Shown here: piece by piece, positions 28,494-38,993 of the stretch
Layout: each line of letters opens with the position of its first letter
How positions within the stretch are numbered: position 1 is the first letter of the stretch
Notes under the pieces: model-generated
What the model was told of the DNA's origin: nothing
What the model saw: only the letters and a program-made list of their open reading frames with translations
Database searches by the model: none
Made by a program: the position numbers and the translations under genes
DNA from: an uncultured Actinomycetes bacterium
GTDB lineage: Bacteria > Actinomycetota > UBA4738 > HRBIN12
Length of the DNA: 64,000 nucleotides
Direction of reading: 5' to 3'
NCBI GenBank assembly: GCA_963797635.1
Contig: CAWCPZ010000003.1
Span: 67,339-131,338 of the forward strand

Positions 28494-30461
28494 GTGAGCA
28501 GCGAGGTCGTGCCCTTCCCCGGGAACCCTTCGACCCCGCCGGTGGGCGGTGACATCGCCCCCTGGCAGTCGAGGCAGAGTCCCTTCCCCCCGATCGGCGA
28601 ATACGGGTTCCTGTCCGACCGCGAGGTCTCGGCGTTGGTGGGGCCGAGCGGGAGCGTCGAGTGGCTCTGCCTCCCGCGCCCCGACAGCCCCAGCGTGTTC
28701 AGCGCCATCCTCGACCGGGGAGCCGGCGCGTTCCGGCTCGGGCCCGCCGAACTGCTGGTGCCCGCCGGTCGTCGCTACCTTCCCGGCACCAACGTCCTGG
28801 AGACCACCTGGCAGACACGGTCGGGTTGGCTCATCGTGCGCGACGCGTTGGTGATGGGCCCATGGGTCGACACCGACGGCCGTCGCGAGGAGTACCGCCG
28901 TCCGCCCGGCGACTTCGAAGCGCGGCACATGTTGGTGCGCGCGGTCCGCTGCATCCAGGGGCAGGTCGAGCTGATCCTGAACTGCGAGCCGGTGTTCGAC
29001 TACGGGCGCACCGACGCGCGCTGGGAGTACACCGGCGAGGGCTACGAGGAGGCGGTGGCCCACGGAGGTCCCGACGATCCCTCCCTGCGTCTCACCACGA
29101 ACATGCGCCTGGGCATGGCGGGGCGTGCCGCCGTCGCGTTCACCCGGCTGAACGACGGCGAGGCCGCGTTCGCCGCGCTGACGTGGGACGGCGAGGCGCA
29201 CCCACCGCCGGCCGACCCCGAGGAGGCGTGGGAGCAGATCCACGAGACCGCCGACTTCTGGCGCGGCTGGCTCAACAAGGGCGAGTTCCCCGACCACCCG
29301 TGGCGCGCGCACCTGCAGCGGGCGGCCCTGACGCTGAAGGGCCTCACCTACGCTCCCACCGGCGCGCTGATCGCCGCCTCCACCACCTCGTTGCCCGAGA
29401 CGCCGGGCGGGGAGCGGAACTGGGACTACCGCTACAGCTGGGTGCGCGACGCCACGTTCGCGCTCTGGGGCCTCTACACCTTGGGCTTCGACTTCGAAGC
29501 GAACAGCTTCTTCTACTTCATCGCCGATCAGGTCTCCGACGGGTCGCCGCTGCAGGTGATGTACGCGGTGGGCGGCGAGACCGACCTCACCGAGGTGATC
29601 CTGGACCACCTCACGGGCTACGAACTCGCCAAGCCCGTGCGCATCGGCAACGCCGCGCACGGCCAGGCCCAGCACGACGTGTGGGGCGCGCTGCTCGACT
29701 CGGTGTTCCTCCACCTGCGCAGCGGGGAGTTCCTGTCGGGCAGCACGTGGAAGGGGCTCGCCGAGCAGGTCGACCGCGCGATCGCCCGCTGGACCGAACC
29801 CGACCAGGGGATCTGGGAGATCCGGGGCGAACCGCAGCACTTCACGTCCTCGAAGATCATGTGCTGGGTGGCGTGCGACCGGGGCGCCAGGCTCGCCGAG
29901 GTCATGGACAAGTCCGACGTGGCCCAGCGGTGGCAGGCCGAGGCCGATCGCATCAAGGCCGACATCCTGGACAAGGGCGTCGACGAGCGCGGCGTGTTCA
30001 CGCAGGCCTACGGATCGACGGCGCTCGACGCCTCGCTGCTGCTGGCGCCCCTGCTCCGGTTCCTGCCGGCCGACGACCCGCGGATCGTGGCCACCGTGCT
30101 CGCGATCGCCGATGAGCTCACCGACGACGGGCTGGTGCTCCGCTATCGCACCGAGGAGACCGACGACGGCCTCCAGGGCCAGGAGGGCACGTTCGCGATC
30201 TGTTCGTTCTGGCTGGTCTCGGCGTTGGTGGAGATCGGCGAGCTCGATCGAGCCCGAGAGCTGTGCGAGCGCATGTTGTCCTACGCGAGCCCGCTCGGCC
30301 TCTACGCCGAAGAGATCGACCCGCGCACCGGCCGCCACTGGGGGAACTTCCCCCAGGCGTTCACCCACCTGGCGCAGATCAACGCGCTGATGCACATCAT
30401 CCGCGCCGAAGAGGCGGCGGGCGGCGCGGCGCTCATGGGTCCTCGTCCGCTGGGCGGGTAG
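28494..30461 (+). CDS. Glycoside hydrolase family 15 (glucoamylase/mycobacterial-type trehalase-like)
   Basis: (alpha/alpha)6-barrel GH15 signatures (NWDYRYSWVRDATFALWGL, GIWEIRGEPQHFTSSKIMCWVA, GLYAEEIDPRTG). Adjacent to otsB. Confidence 0.75.
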   Translation: MSSEVVPFPGNPSTPPVGGDIAPWQSRQSPFPPIGEYGFLSDREVSALVGPSGSVEWLCLPRPDSPSVFSAILDRGAGAFRLGPAELLVPAGRRYLPGTNVLETTWQTRSGWLIVRDALVMGPWVDTDGRREEYRRPPGDFEARHMLVRAVRCIQGQVELILNCEPVFDYGRTDARWEYTGEGYEEAVAHGGPDDPSLRLTTNMRLGMAGRAAVAFTRLNDGEAAFAALTWDGEAHPPPADPEEAWEQIHETADFWRGWLNKGEFPDHPWRAHLQRAALTLKGLTYAPTGALIAASTTSLPETPGGERNWDYRYSWVRDATFALWGLYTLGFDFEANSFFYFIADQVSDGSPLQVMYAVGGETDLTEVILDHLTGYELAKPVRIGNAAHGQAQHDVWGALLDSVFLHLRSGEFLSGSTWKGLAEQVDRAIARWTEPDQGIWEIRGEPQHFTSSKIMCWVACDRGARLAEVMDKSDVAQRWQAEADRIKADILDKGVDERGVFTQAYGSTALDASLLLAPLLRFLPADDPRIVATVLAIADELTDDGLVLRYRTEETDDGLQGQEGTFAICSFWLVSALVEIGELDRARELCERMLSYASPLGLYAEEIDPRTGRHWGNFPQAFTHLAQINALMHIIRAEEAAGGAALMGPRPLGG

Positions 30462-33349
30462 CGAGCTCCTCGGCTCCCGGGTCCGCCCCCGTGCCCGCGC
30501 CGCCTTCGATGTCGAGGTGGGGCAGGATCCGATCGAGGAACCGCGGCACCCAGAACACCCCCCGACCGAACAGCGTCAGCAGCGCGGGCGCCAGCGTCAC
30601 CACCAACAGGCCGGCCAGGGCGACCGCCACCGCCAGGCCCACCCCGAACTGCTTCACCGTGGGGTCGCCGTTGATGATGAAGCTGGAGAACACGCAGAAC
30701 ATGATCAGCGCCGCCGCGGTCACCACGTGCGCGCCCGATCCCAGCCCCGAGATCACGGCCTGGCGCGGCGGCTCGCCCTCGGCGTGGTGCTGCTGGATGC
30801 GGCTCACCAGGAACACCTCGTAGTCCATCGAGAGTCCGAACAGCACCGCGAACATCATCAGCGGCACGAAGCTCGCGATCGGCACGGTGCCCCCGGGCGC
30901 GTCCAACCCGATCAGCGACAGACCCCACCCCCACTGGAAGACCGCGGTCAGTACGCCCAGGGCGGCCGCCACCGACAACAGGTTCGTGACCGCCGCCTGC
31001 ACGGGCACCAGCAGTGAGCGGAAGGCCACCATCAGCAGCAGGAAGCTGAGCGCCAGCACGGTGAGGACCACGAGCGGGAGCCGTTCGGCGATCACGGCGG
31101 CCAGGTCGACGTTGCTCGCCGTGCTTCCACCGACGTGGGCGTCGATGCCCGAACCGGCGGTCGCCGGCGGGAGCACGTCCTCACGCATCGTCGTGACCAG
31201 CGTTGCGGTCGCGGGTGAGGACGGCGCGCGCTCGGGGATCGCGCTCATGATCAGGGCGTCGCCGGCCTTGTTGAGCTGGGGCGGGAACATGCCGACCACG
31301 CCCCGGGTGCCCGAGATCGCGTCCTGCATCGCCACGATGCGCGGATCGGTCCCCCGTGCATCACCTCCCGCCTTCGTCACCATGGCGGTGAGCTGGCGCT
31401 TGAGCCGCAGCGCGACCTTCTTCTGCTGCTCGGCCTGCGCTTGCTGCCGCTTCAGGGCATCGGCCTGCGCCTGCAGCTCCTCACCCTGGGCCTGGAGGGC
31501 GTCCCCCTGGACCTGCAGCGCGTCCGCCTGCGCCTGCAGGGCCGCCGCCTGCTGCTCGAGGCGCTCCGCCTGCGCGAACAACGACTCCGCCTGAGCGATC
31601 AACGACGCGGCCCGCGAGCGGTAGGGCGCGAGCCGCGCGCGCGTGGTCGCCTCCTTGTCCTCGAGCCTGGCGAGGCGGGCGCGCAGCCGTCGCAGCCGGT
31701 CGGGATCGGTGGTCTGGTCGATCTGGTGCTGGACGAAGCGCTCGCGTCCCAGGATCGCGGCCAGGTGTGCCGCGATCGGGGCCGCCTGACGGACCAACCG
31801 CTCGGCCTCCGCACGCAGGCGGGCCTCCTGGGCGCGCAGAGCGGCCTCTTCCTGCTCGAGCTGCGCCCTTGCGTTGCTGCAGGACCGACGCCTTCCGTTC
31901 GAGCTGGGCCTGCTCCCGCTCGAGCTCGGCCTGGCGCTGCTTCAGGGCGTCGGCCTGCGCCTGCAGCCGCCGCTGCTCGCGCTTCAGTTGCTTCTGGAGC
32001 GCGGTGGCACGGTCGTACTTCTTCGTGTACTCGGCGCTGGGGGCGGCGACCGGGTCGAGGGTGCTCGCGATCAGGAGCGGCCCGTTGTACCCCACGCCGA
32101 AGCCCTCGGTCAGCAGGTCGTAGGCCCGGCGCTCGGTGGTGTCGGTCGGCGTGACGCCGACATCTTCCTGCCCGAACTGCAACGAGAACAGCGGGACGAT
32201 CAACGGCACCAGGATCACCAACGACGCCACCACGGCGACCCACGGATGCCGGGCCACGCCGCGCGCCCAGGCATCCCACCGCCGCTCCCCCACCTTGCGC
32301 GGCTTCGGGCGGAGGAACGCGGGGACCTTCACCCGCCGCACCCAGTCCCCCAGCAACGACAGGATCGCCGGCAGCAACGTGATCGAGGCGAGCACGGCCA
32401 TGAACACGGCGATCGCCGAGGCGAACCCGAGCGAGGTCACCAACGGGATCCCGGCGACCGCCAGCGAGGCCAGCGCGATCACCACCGTGCTGCCCGCGAA
32501 GACGATCGCGCTGCCCGAGGAAGCGACCGCGTTGGCGATCGACGCCTCCACCTCCATGCCCTCGCCGAGTTGATCGAGGTGCTTGGTCACCAGGAACAAC
32601 GCGTAGTCGATACCCACGCCGAGGCCGATCATCGTCGCGAGCGTGGGCGCCACCGAGGGAACGGCCATGACGTGACCCAGCAGGCCGATCGCCGAGAGCC
32701 CCACCGCGAGCGCGAAGGCCGCGGTGACGATCGGCGTCCCCATCGCGATCAGGCTGCCGAAGACCAGCGCCAGGATCACCATCGCCGAGACGTTGCCGAT
32801 GAGCTCGCTCTCGCCGGTGTCCGGCGACGAGAGCACCGAGCCGATCGACCCCCCGACGGCGACCTCGATGCCCGCCTTCGTCGCCGGTTGCGTGGCATCC
32901 AGGATGGCCTGGGCGAGCCGGTCGGTGATGAAGCCCGAGTCGACCTTGAGCAGCACCGGCATGAAGGCGATCCGCTCGTCCTCGGACAACAAGCCCACCG
33001 TCTTGCCGTCCTTCGTGAGGGGGTTCACGACGCTGTAGACCTGCGGCGAGCTCTCGATCGCCTTGTACGTCGCCGCGATCGCGGCTCGGTTCGCGGGATC
33101 GGTGAGCTTGCCTTCCTCGACCGCGAACACGAACGGGTTCGTGCCGTTCTGCTGCGGCGGGAACCGCTGGGCCAGGATGTCGAACGCCGCCTGGCTGTCC
33201 GTGCCCGGGAGGGTGAGGCCGTTGTCGGTCTTGGCGCCGTAGGCCTTCACCAGACCGAGCGCCAGCGCCGCCAGGCCGATCCACACCACGATCACGACGA
33301 TGCGGTGCCGGGCCGTGAGCCCCCCGAGCCGGAACAGGAACCCCCCCAC
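30433..33349 (-). CDS. MMPL/RND-family membrane transporter with ~190-aa Ala/Gln-rich coiled-coil insertion; one frameshift near 31868-31880
   Basis: Two 6-TM bundles (..GIDYALFLV.., ..GLSMDYEVFLVSRI..) in ORFs 31481..33349 and 30433..31797. The junction is at cgcaagggcgcagctcgag (one extra g relative to in-frame ...LQQRKAQLEQ...). Coiled-coil DNA is internally repetitive (cctgcgcctgcagc). Confidence 0.75.
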
Positions 33350-33358
33350 GCTCGCTCC

Positions 33359-33691
33359 TCAGGCCGTGCTGCAGCGAACGCAGAGCACGGCCCAGGGCCG
33401 CGCCTCGAGGCGCTCGGTCGGGATCAGCGCTCCGCAACGATCGCACAGCCCGTAGGTGCCGTCGTCGAGCTTCGCCAGGGCCCGCTCGACATCGGCAAGC
33501 TTCGCGGTGAGGGCGTCGGCCTGGCCCACGCGTTCGATGCGGCCGATCGCCTCGTTCGTCCCTTCGCCCACGCGCTTGCCGAACCCGATCGTGGCCGCGG
33601 GGTCTCGCGTCACCGTCGTGATGTCGGCCAGCTCGGCCAGCAGGTCGTCACGGCTGGCGTCGAGCTCGGCACGGATCGCGGCGGTGTCCAT
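33359..33691 (-). CDS. TraR/DksA-family C4 zinc-finger protein
   Basis: CDRCGALIPTERLEARPWAVLCVRC is a CxxC-x17-CxxC finger after a coiled-coil; 110 aa. Confidence 0.7.
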   Translation of the reverse strand: MDTAAIRAELDASRDDLLAELADITTVTRDPAATIGFGKRVGEGTNEAIGRIERVGQADALTAKLADVERALAKLDDGTYGLCDRCGALIPTERLEARPWAVLCVRCSTA

Positions 33692-33704
33692 CGAGGGTCC
33701 GATG

Positions 33705-36558
33705 TCACGACCGGCGCATGAGGTCGGGATCGCCGCCCACCGCGTCGGCGAGATCGCCCTCGGACGCGCGCAGCACCTCGGGCGAGGCGACCCCGCGACG
33801 CTGCTCGATCTCCTTGTAGACCTCGGTGGCGTAGTCGACGCACAGGACCACCAGGTCGCCGGGGCGCGAGCGGTCGAGGGCCTGGCGCGCGGCGTCCATC
33901 TCGTCGAGCACCACCTCGACGCTGCCGGCGCGCGCGCCGCCCTGGATCGCTTCGACCACCCCTTCACGGATCAGCTCCGCGGTCTCCCCAGGCTCACGTC
34001 CGCGGCTCTTCGTGTCCTCCCGGACGATCACCTCGTCGAAGTACCGCGCCGCCACGCGCCCGAGCTCCTTCATGTCCTCGTCGCGCCGGTCGCCCGCCGT
34101 GGCGACGACCGCCACGCGCAGGTTGGCCGACCACGAGGCTTCCCCGGGACGTTCGCCGGTCGCGGTGTCCGCCGCCAGCCGCTCGACGAAGTCGCCCAGG
34201 GTCTCGAGGCCCGCCGCGTTGTGCGCGTAGTCGAGGACCACCTTCACGCCGTCGAGATCGAACACGTTCAACCGACCGGGTGCCTGATAGATCGAGGTCG
34301 TGAACGACCGCAGCCCCTGACGGATGTCGTGCAGGTGCGCGCCGGCGACGTGGGCCGCCGCCGCGGCCGCCATCGCGTTCTGCACCATCATGCGGGCCTT
34401 GCCGTCGAAGGTGGCCGGCAGGGTGTGGACCCAGGCGATCGGCATCGTGCGCCGGCCCTCCTTGATCACCATCATCTCCCCGCGTTCGTTCCGCTCCAGG
34501 ACCACGGCCTTGCGACCGCGCCGGACCCACCGGTCGACGAAGTCGTGCGACTCCTGCATCGTGAACAGGATCACGTTGCCGCTGCAGTGCCGGCGCATGT
34601 CGAGCACCAGCGGATCGTCGGCGTTCAGCACGCCCCAGCCGTTCCGGGGCACGGCTTCGACCACCACGCGCTTGACCGCCGCGAGCTGTTCCAGCGTCTC
34701 GATCTCGCGCAGGCCGAGGTGGTCGCCGGTGACGTTGAGCACGACCCCGACGTCATTGCGTCCGTAGCCCAGGCCCTCGCGCAGGATGCCGCCGCGCGCC
34801 ACCTCGAACACCGCGGTGTCCACCCGTGGGTTCTGCAGCACCATCTGCGCGGACTTGGGACCGCTGGCGTCCACCCGCTTCACCAGCCGCTCGTCGATGT
34901 AGATGCCGTCGGTGGTGGTCATGCCCACGCGCCGGCCCATCCCGCGGAAGATGTGCGCCAGCATGCGCGTGGTGGTGGTCTTGCCGTTGGACCCCGTCAC
35001 CGCCAGGATCGGGATCCGGCTCGGCGAACCCGGCGGGAACAACCCGTCGACGACGGACTTCGCCACGTACTGCGGCTCGCCTTCGGTGGGATGGGTGTGC
35101 ATCCGGAACCCCGGCGCGGCGTTGACCTCGACGATGGCCCCACCCGTCTCGCGCACCGCCTCGGAGATGTCGGGCGCGAGGAAGTCGATGCCGGCGACGT
35201 CCAAGCCCACGACGCGCGCCGCCTCTTCGGCGATCTCCACGTTGTCCTCGTGCGCGTCCCAGGTGCGGTCGATCGAGATGCCCCCGGTCGACATGTTGCC
35301 GGTGGCGGCCAGCAATACCTGTTCGCCCTTGGGCGGGACGTCCTCGAGCGCGAACCCCTGCTTCTTCACCAGGTCGCGCGCGGCATCGTCGATCTTGATG
35401 CGGGTCAGCACCTTCTCGTGACCGATGCCACGGCGTGGATCCTGGTTGGCCTTCTCCACCAGCTGGGCGATCGTGCGCTTGCCGTCGCCGGTGACGTGGG
35501 CCGGGACCCGCTCCGCGATCGCCACCATGTGCCCGCCGATCACCAGCACGCGATAGTCGTTGCCGGTGACGTAGGACTCCACCACCACCTGACCGCGGCG
35601 CGCTTCGGACACCGCCCGCTTGAACCCGCCGCGCACGGCGCGATCGGTGCGCAGGTCCAACCCCACCCCGCGGCCGTGGTTGCCGTCCAGCGGCTTGGTC
35701 ACCACGGGGAACCCGATCCGCTTGGCGGCCACGACGGCATCGTCCTCGGTGCGCACCACCTCGCTGCGCGGGACCGGCAGCCCGGCCGAGGCCAGCAGGC
35801 GGTTCGTCATCTTCTTGTCGCCGGCGACGTCCACGGCGAGCGCACTGGTCTTGGAGGTCATCGTGGCGCGGATCCGCTGCTGGTAGGTCCCCTGGCCCAG
35901 CTGGACCAGGGAGTGCTCGTTCAACCGGATCCACGGGATGTCGCGGGTGACGGCTTCGTCGATGATCGCCTGCGTCGACGGGCCGAACTGCCGGCGTTCG
36001 GCGAGCAGGATCAGCGCTTCCCGCTCGGCTTCGAAGTCGAACCCGTCCTCGGCCTTGATCAGGTGGTTCAACAGACGGACGGCGAGCGCGCCCGCCGCCA
36101 GGCCGACGGTCTCCTCGGCGTAGCCGTAGATCACGTTGTACTGCCCCGGCGGGCCGGCGCTCCTGGTCTTGCCCCGGGAGATGTGCGCACCGGTCTCGCG
36201 CTGGAGTTCCAAGCGCCACGTGCTCGGCGACGTGGCCCATCCACGTGCCGTCCTCGAGGCGCTCCTTGAACCCGCCCTTCTTGCCGAGCGAGCACGAGTG
36301 CTCCCCGACGCCGGGCAACGCCTTCAGGAGCTTCTTGTTGAAGCCCGGGATCGTGTTCGACGGCCAGAACTCGAGGGACCCGAGATCGACCAGCAGGCGG
36401 ATGCACGGCTCGTAGGACCAGTAGTTCGGACCCCGGAACACGTGCGTCTGCACGACGGCGAGATCGGGTGAGAGCGGCGGCTTCTTGGCGGCGGGCTCGC
36501 GCTTGGTCTTCTGGCGGGCGGCGCGGGTCTTCGTGGCCCCTTTGCCCGGTGCAGGCAT
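33705..36558 (-). CDS. cphA: Cyanophycin synthetase (N, ATP-grasp G and Mur-ligase M domains); single-base frameshift near 36214
   Basis: N domain is in the ORF 34753..36558 frame (FRGPNYWSYEPCIRLLVDLGSLEFWPSNTIPGF...MGHVAEHVAL). The rest is in ORF 33705..36212 (ELQRETGAHISRGKT... ATP-grasp ... AVTGSNGKTTTTRMLAHIF ... Mur ligase). Minus-strand gcgcttggaactc needs one base fewer (gcgctggaactc) to be in frame. Confidence 0.85.
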
Positions 36559-36609
36559 CCCCGGCGGGGGCTCGATCGGCGGCGGCGGTTCGCTTCCCGG
36601 CGTCCGCCG

Positions 36610-37482
36610 TCACTCCGAGGCCTCCCGCTCATCGTCGAGCGCGTGCTCGGCCGCGAGCAACCGGCGACCCCGCAGGTCGTACCAGTAGCCCGACGGCAAC
36701 GAGTGCAGCACCGCGCCCGACACCATGAGCGGTTTATACCCCTTCCCGCGATAGGCGTCCGTCTTGACGTGCGCCCCGTCCACGATCGTGACCGCCCCGC
36801 GCCCGATCACATGCAGCGTCTGATCGCTGAACACGACGGCGCAGGTGTCCTCGTCGATCCCGATCCCGAGCAGCGAGGGAGACTGCGCCACCAGGGCGAG
36901 CAGGCGTCCGATCCGGCCACGCTCGCCGAAATGCTGGTCGATCACCAGGCCCGACAGGATCCCCAGCCCGGCCGACAGCTGGACCATCCGGTTCTTCGGC
37001 GTGGGCCCGGCGTTGCCGAAGGCCACCATGTGGCTCGCCATGGCGCTCGCCCCCGCGCTGGTGCCCGCAAGCACCGCCCCACGGTCGTGGGCCAGGAACA
37101 GCGCGTCGCCGAGCTTCGTGCCCGCCACCACCTGCGTGAGCCGCGACTGGTTGCCACCGGTGAGGTAGACCCCGGTGGCGTCACGGAGCGCCGCCGTCAT
37201 GGCGGGATCGTCGGCCTCGTCCCGATCGTCGGGTCGTACTCCGGTGACGGTGCCGATCCCCAGGTCGGTGAACAGCGCCCGATAGACCTCCGTGGCTTGA
37301 TCGCCCAGCGAGGACGCCGTCGAGATGACCACCACGTGCCCGTCCTCGCCGCCGGCGAACTTCGCGAACCGGGACAGGATCACCTTGTCGCGGACCTTGT
37401 CCTCGGCACCGCCGATCACCATCACCGGTCCGGCTCCCAAGCCGGGCACCGAGGAGAGGCTGCGTTCGCCCTGGTCGGTCAT
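36610..37482 (-). CDS. cphB: Cyanophycinase (peptidase S51)
   Basis: VMVIGGAEDK ..., GTSAGASAM (Ser nucleophile), and a Glu in GAVTIVDGAHV, as in CphB. ATG at 37482. The track ORF is extended upstream because the frame has no stop. Confidence 0.85.
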   Translation of the reverse strand: MTDQGERSLSSVPGLGAGPVMVIGGAEDKVRDKVILSRFAKFAGGEDGHVVVISTASSLGDQATEVYRALFTDLGIGTVTGVRPDDRDEADDPAMTAALRDATGVYLTGGNQSRLTQVVAGTKLGDALFLAHDRGAVLAGTSAGASAMASHMVAFGNAGPTPKNRMVQLSAGLGILSGLVIDQHFGERGRIGRLLALVAQSPSLLGIGIDEDTCAVVFSDQTLHVIGRGAVTIVDGAHVKTDAYRGKGYKPLMVSGAVLHSLPSGYWYDLRGRRLLAAEHALDDEREASE

Positions 37483-37534
37483 CGCAGGGAAGTGTAGCCC
37501 CGGTGCGCGGCCGAACCGCAGAGCGAGCGCGGGT

Positions 37535-37786
37535 TCACGTCCGCGCCAGGAAGAGCGCGTCGTGCTCACCGGCGTCGACGAGCCCGTCGATCCCCTCGGC
37601 CACGTACACCTCGAACCCAAGCTCGTGACGCACCGTGGCATCACCGGGTTCGGCGCGATCGGTGAGCTCTGCGCGGATGGCGGCGCCGTCGGCCACCAGC
37701 CGAACCCGGGCATCGGGGTTGAAGCGTCGTGCCGCGGCATCGCTGCGAGCCAGCGCCTCGGCAGCACGGTCCGTGAACTCGAGCAT
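37535..37786 (-). CDS. HesB/IscA-like small protein (cysteine-less)
   Basis: MLEFTDRAAEAL...VRLVADGAAIRAELTD resembles the IscA N-terminal fold but lacks the Cys triad; 83 aa. 52 nt upstream of cphB on the same strand. Confidence 0.4.
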   Translation of the reverse strand: MLEFTDRAAEALARSDAAARRFNPDARVRLVADGAAIRAELTDRAEPGDATVRHELGFEVYVAEGIDGLVDAGEHDALFLART

Positions 37787-38330
37787 CCGCTCGATGCTAC
37801 GAGGAGAACGGCTTCAGAGGAGACAGCCTCAGCGAGGCCGGAACGGGTCACCGGCCGAATGGGTCGCCGGCCGAATGGGTCGCGGGAGTCGGTTCCCCAG
37901 AACCAGGCTCCCACGCCCAGGCCCACGAACACCCCGACGATGCCCGCCCCCACCGCGACGGCCGGCAGCCACACCGCGGCGACCACCAGGGTGAGGGTGA
38001 CGATCGCGGCGCCCATCTCCCACGCGTCCAGTCGGTGGTTCATGACATCCTCCTGATCGGTTCGGGCCGTGCCCTCGTGCAGCCGGCGACGCGTTCTCCC
38101 GCGCCGATCAGCCTCGACCCCAGCATCCGGCGGAGCCTCCCCGGCCGCTCCCGGCGATGTCCGCCGTGCGCCCGGAGGTCCTCGGCGCGGATCTTCAACA
38201 GCTCCGGCGCCGTTGGTCCCAACATGTGCGGCACGTTGTCCACCTCCTCGATCGGAATCCGTAACCGTTATCAGTGTTATATCGGTTTCAGGTGTAACCA
38301 GTCAAGTGGATTTCGGAAGTTTCCTGCGGT

Positions 38331-38993
38331 ATGATGCCGAGCATGGGTGAGCCGACCGAACGAACGACCGTCATGAGCACGGCGCCGTGGGGGCACGAGG
38401 ACAGCGGGGTCAACCCGGCGCCGGGCGACCTCGAAACCGTTCGCAGCTTCCTGTCGCTGCACGACCACGCCCCCGGCATCGACGACAGCTTCCCGCCCAC
38501 GCCCCCCACGCTCGAGCGGTGGATCCGCGATCGAGGCCTGGTCGAGGCGGGCGAGCCGATCACGGACGAGGACCTGGTGTGGGGCCTGGAGGTGCGCGAG
38601 GCGTTGATGACCAAGATCGACGAGAACGCCGGTGCGCCCCGCGACCACGACGCGATCGAGCGCTTGAACCACGCCGCCCAGGACACCGGTCTGCAGCTGT
38701 GCTTCGGGTGCGACGAGAACCGGCTGCACACCGAGGTCGGCGGCATGCGCGGCGCGATCGGACGCGTGTTGGGGACGGCGTTCCTCGCCGATCTCGACGG
38801 GTCGTTCCATCGGTTGCGACAGTGCCAGGACCCGACGTGCACCGCGGTCTTCTTCGACCACAGCAAGAACCACTCGGGCAAGTGGTGCTCGATGGCGGTC
38901 TGCGGGAACCGGAACAAGGTGCGCAAGTTCCGGGAGCGCGAACGAACCGCGAAGGCGGGCGAGGCCATCGGCCCGGGGTCCGCGGCGCGGTGA
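38331..38993 (+). CDS. CGNR zinc-finger protein (ABATE domain plus zf-CGNR)
   Basis: C-terminal CQDPTCTAVFFDHSKNHSGKWCSMAVCGNRNKVRKFRER is the zf-CGNR signature. Confidence 0.85.
   Translation: MMPSMGEPTERTTVMSTAPWGHEDSGVNPAPGDLETVRSFLSLHDHAPGIDDSFPPTPPTLERWIRDRGLVEAGEPITDEDLVWGLEVREALMTKIDENAGAPRDHDAIERLNHAAQDTGLQLCFGCDENRLHTEVGGMRGAIGRVLGTAFLADLDGSFHRLRQCQDPTCTAVFFDHSKNHSGKWCSMAVCGNRNKVRKFRERERTAKAGEAIGPGSAAR

Noticed and set aside
37840-38043. Possible small TM protein MNHRLDAWEMGAAIVTLTLVVAAVWLPAVAVGAGIVGVFVGLGVGAWFW... at the 5' end of track ORF 36610..38043
   Set aside because: The frame has no stop before running through the antisense of the IscA-like gene into cphB. Without a terminating codon it cannot be called. 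It would need yet another indel to be real.
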